From Candidatus Omnitrophota bacterium (GTDB lineage Bacteria > Omnitrophota > Gorgyraeia > 1-14-0-20-64-10): a DNA stretch of 64,000 nt. Both the position numbers and the translations under genes were made by a program. Under the pieces are notes generated by a model that was given only the letters and a program-made list of their open reading frames with translations, was not told the DNA's origin and did not search any database. Position 1 is the stretch's first letter. Every line of letters begins with the position of its first letter. This document shows, piece after piece, positions 61,055 through 64,000 of this stretch. The stretch lies in NCBI GenBank assembly GCA_023248155.1, contig JAHFFE010000002.1:256864-320863 (forward strand). The letters are read 5' to 3'.

Positions 61055-64000
61055 ATGGGAAATTCCGCTTCTGCTGATTTTGTTCATCTGCATGTGCACA
61101 GCCAGTATTCATTGCTGGATGGCGCCTCCCGTCTTGCCGATTTAGTCGCCGCCGCGAAGAAAAATAATATGCCGGCCGTGGCGCTGACGGACCATGGCAA
61201 CATGTACGGCGCGATTGATTTTTACCGCGAAGCCGAGAAAGCCGGCGTCAAACCGATCATCGGCATGGAAGCCTATATCGCGCCGGAATCCCGCTTAACT
61301 AAGGAAGCGAAGGGAATCGACGAAGCGTCGTTCCATTTAATTCTGCTGGCCAAGGACATCGACGGTTACCGCAATTTAATGAAGCTCTCCTCGATTGCCA
61401 GCCTTGAAGGATTTTATTACCGGCCGCGCATCGATAAAGAAGTGCTGGCAAAACATTCCAAAGGGTTAATTTGCCTTTCGAGCTGTCTGCAGGGTGAAGT
61501 CAGTTATTGGTTGAACCGCGACGATCCGGCCAAGGCGCGCAAGGCGGCCGGCGAATTCTCGGGACTTTTCCCGAAGGGCGATTATTACCTCGAAATCCAG
61601 GACCATGGCATTAAAGATCAGCGCAAAATTATTCCGGCCATGCTCGAGCTGGGCAAAGAAATGGATATTAAGGTCGTCGCCACGAACGACCTGCATTATC
61701 TTGAGAAAGGGCAGGCGCGCGCGCATGAAACGCTGCTCTGCATTCAAACCCAGACGACGCTCGACGATCCGAAACGGTTCAAGTTCGAGACCGATGAATT
61801 TTATTTCAAGTCGGCCGATGAAATGAAGCGCGTGTTCGGCGAGATTGAGAGCGCGTTGTTGAATACGCGCGAGATCGCCGAGAAATCAAACATCAAGCTG
61901 GAATTCGGGAAATATCATCTGCCGCATTTCACGCCGCCCGAAGGGAAGACCGAACCGGAGTACCTCGATGAACTGGTCAAGGAAGGGCTGGCCAAGCGGT
62001 ATCCGCGCGCCGATAAAAAAGTGCATGACCGGCTCGCGCATGAGCTCGGTGTTATTTCCAAGACCGGATTTATCAGTTACTTCCTGATCGTCTGGGATTT
62101 TATCCGTTATGCCCGATCGAAACAGATTCCGGTGGGGCCGGGCCGCGGTTCGGCCGCCGGTTCGGTGGTCAGTTATTGTTTGGGCATTACCGACTTGGAC
62201 CCGATTGAGCATGACCTGATCTTCGAGCGGTTTTTAAACCCCGACCGCATTTCGATGCCCGATATCGACATCGACTTTTGCTATGAGCGCCGCGGCGAAG
62301 TGATCGATTATGTTTCCAATAAATACGGCAAGGGGAATGTCGCGCAGATCATTACGTTCGGAACGATGCAGGCCAAAGCCGTCGTGCGTGATGTGGCGCG
62401 CGCGATGGGTTTTTCGTACCCCGAGGCCGACAAGATCGCCAAGATGATTCCGTTCGAACTGAACATGACGCTGAAAAAAGCGATGGAGATGGTGCCCGAC
62501 CTGCGCAAGATGTGCGAGACCGACGGGCGCGTCAAGCAATTGATTGAAACTTCACAGGTGCTGGAAGGGCTCACGCGCCACGCTTCAACGCACGCGGCCG
62601 GCGTCGTGATTGCCGACGGCGACCTGACCGATTATGTGCCGCTGGTCAAAACTTCGGAAGGGCTGATCTCGACCGGTTACTCGATGGATGCCGTTGAGAA
62701 AATCGGCCTGTTGAAGATGGACTTTTTGGGCTTGCGCACACTGACAGTGCTCGACGAGGCGGCTAAGCTGATCCGCCAGACGCGTGATATCCCGTTCGAT
62801 CAGGAAAAGATCCCGCTGGAAGACGCGAAAACTTACGCGATGCTCGGCAAGGCCGAATGCACGGGCGTTTTTCAGTTGGAATCGAGCGGCATGCGCGACC
62901 TGGTGCGGCGGCTCAAGCCGGACCGGTTTGAGGATTTGGTCGCGCTGGTGGCGCTGTTCCGCCCGGGACCTCTCGGCTCCGGCATGGTCGACGACTTTAT
63001 CCGCCGCCGGCATGGGCAGGTGAAGGTGGCCTATGACCATCCGAAACTGGAACCATCGCTGAAAGATACCTACGGCGTTTACATTTATCAGGAACAGGTA
63101 ATGCGGATCGCCAACGAGCTGGCCGGGTTTACGCTTGGACAAGCCGATATGCTGCGGCGCGCGATGGGTAAGAAGACGCCCGAGGTGATGGAAAAAGCGC
63201 GCGGTGATTTCGTGAACGGCTGCGTGAAAAACGGCGTCGACCGGCAGACCGCCGAAATGATTTTCGACAAGATTGAATATTTTGCAGGGTACGCGTTCAA
63301 CCGGTCGCACAGCGCGGCCTACGCGCTGATTTCGTACCGGACTGCCTATTTAAAAGCCAATTATCCGGTCGAGTTCATGACGGCATTGCTGACCAGTGAG
63401 CGCGAAAACACCGACAAGATCGCCGAGTATATCGAGGAATCGCGCCGCATGAACATCGCGATGCTGCCGCCCGATGTAAATGCCAGCTTCGCGAAATTTA
63501 CCGTTGAGGATGGCGGCATCCGCTACGGTCTGCTGGCGATCAAGAATGTGGGCGAGAAGGCGATCGAATCGATTATTCAGGTGCGAAAAGAGCAGGGGCC
63601 ATACAAATCATTAGTCGATTTCTGCGAGCGCGTCGATACGCGCACGGCCAACAAGAAAGTGATCGAATCACTGATCAAGGTCGGCGCGTTTGATTCATTG
63701 AAACCGCACCGCGCGCAGCTGCTGGCCGCTCTGGAGCAGTCTATGGAGGTCAGTTCCAAGCGGCAGAAGGAAAAAGTCGACGGCCAGCTTTCATTTTTCG
63801 ATGTGTTCGGCGGCGCGGCCGCCTCGAAGGCCGAAACGGCCGCTCCGACGGTTGAGGATTGGACCGAGGAACAGCGGCTCGGTTTTGAAAAAGCGCTGCT
63901 CGGTTTTTATTTGTCGGGGCACCCGCTTTCGGCGTCGGAACCGGTGATCCGTTTGTTCAGTAAAACCACAACGGCCGATCTAATGCAGGGACGCGACGGC
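61055..64000 (+). CDS. dnaE: DNA polymerase III alpha subunit (runs off the window end; absent from the ORF track)
   Basis: Manual translation: FVHLHVHSQYSLLDG, ALTDHGNMYG, GPGRGSAAGS, MPDIDIDF, YAFNRSHSAAY. Confidence 0.97.
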   Translation, partial: MGNSASADFVHLHVHSQYSLLDGASRLADLVAAAKKNNMPAVALTDHGNMYGAIDFYREAEKAGVKPIIGMEAYIAPESRLTKEAKGIDEASFHLILLAKDIDGYRNLMKLSSIASLEGFYYRPRIDKEVLAKHSKGLICLSSCLQGEVSYWLNRDDPAKARKAAGEFSGLFPKGDYYLEIQDHGIKDQRKIIPAMLELGKEMDIKVVATNDLHYLEKGQARAHETLLCIQTQTTLDDPKRFKFETDEFYFKSADEMKRVFGEIESALLNTREIAEKSNIKLEFGKYHLPHFTPPEGKTEPEYLDELVKEGLAKRYPRADKKVHDRLAHELGVISKTGFISYFLIVWDFIRYARSKQIPVGPGRGSAAGSVVSYCLGITDLDPIEHDLIFERFLNPDRISMPDIDIDFCYERRGEVIDYVSNKYGKGNVAQIITFGTMQAKAVVRDVARAMGFSYPEADKIAKMIPFELNMTLKKAMEMVPDLRKMCETDGRVKQLIETSQVLEGLTRHASTHAAGVVIADGDLTDYVPLVKTSEGLISTGYSMDAVEKIGLLKMDFLGLRTLTVLDEAAKLIRQTRDIPFDQEKIPLEDAKTYAMLGKAECTGVFQLESSGMRDLVRRLKPDRFEDLVALVALFRPGPLGSGMVDDFIRRRHGQVKVAYDHPKLEPSLKDTYGVYIYQEQVMRIANELAGFTLGQADMLRRAMGKKTPEVMEKARGDFVNGCVKNGVDRQTAEMIFDKIEYFAGYAFNRSHSAAYALISYRTAYLKANYPVEFMTALLTSERENTDKIAEYIEESRRMNIAMLPPDVNASFAKFTVEDGGIRYGLLAIKNVGEKAIESIIQVRKEQGPYKSLVDFCERVDTRTANKKVIESLIKVGAFDSLKPHRAQLLAALEQSMEVSSKRQKEKVDGQLSFFDVFGGAAASKAETAAPTVEDWTEEQRLGFEKALLGFYLSGHPLSASEPVIRLFSKTTTADLMQGRDG

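Noticed and set aside
61055-64000. Intein or frameshift in dnaE (gene missing from the ORF track)
   Set aside because: The ORF simply runs off the window; conserved motifs appear in the normal order and spacing, including an uninterrupted YAFNRSH.

Overview
A 64-kb bacterial chromosome segment in which every credible gene is on the + strand. Most of it is core housekeeping: recA (3' end), htrA, recX, alaS, a his-trp superoperon with htpX inserted, manC-rpe-pmm, lepA-lepB, pgsA-der-plsY-gpsA, tRNA-Pro(GGG), hom-thrC-apgM-like-lysC-cimA-valS-nadC, uvrB, birA-nfeD-coaX, CIRCE-controlled groES-groEL-groES, guaB3-rlmN-guaA and dnaE (5' part). Gene content suggests a PVC-superphylum organism, plausibly Omnitrophota; this is an inference, not a database result. 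Three things stand out. (1) A ~4.6-kb accessory block (52.1-56.7 kb) in which unrelated small genes are separated by two related families of 25-27-bp semi-palindromic repeats, giving a cassette-array architecture with no integrase, transposase or attC sites in the window. It also carries an ORF6N gene whose internal DNA palindrome recurs just downstream of the gene. (2) A 1504-aa secreted protein in which a HExxH protease-like segment and a HEAT-like segment are delimited by recurrent (S/T)G(L/M)EE motifs. (3) A 280-bp TA-bounded, MITE-like inverted-dimer element between a catalytically degenerate ApgM-family gene and lysC. All calls come from reading motifs by eye; no searches were run.
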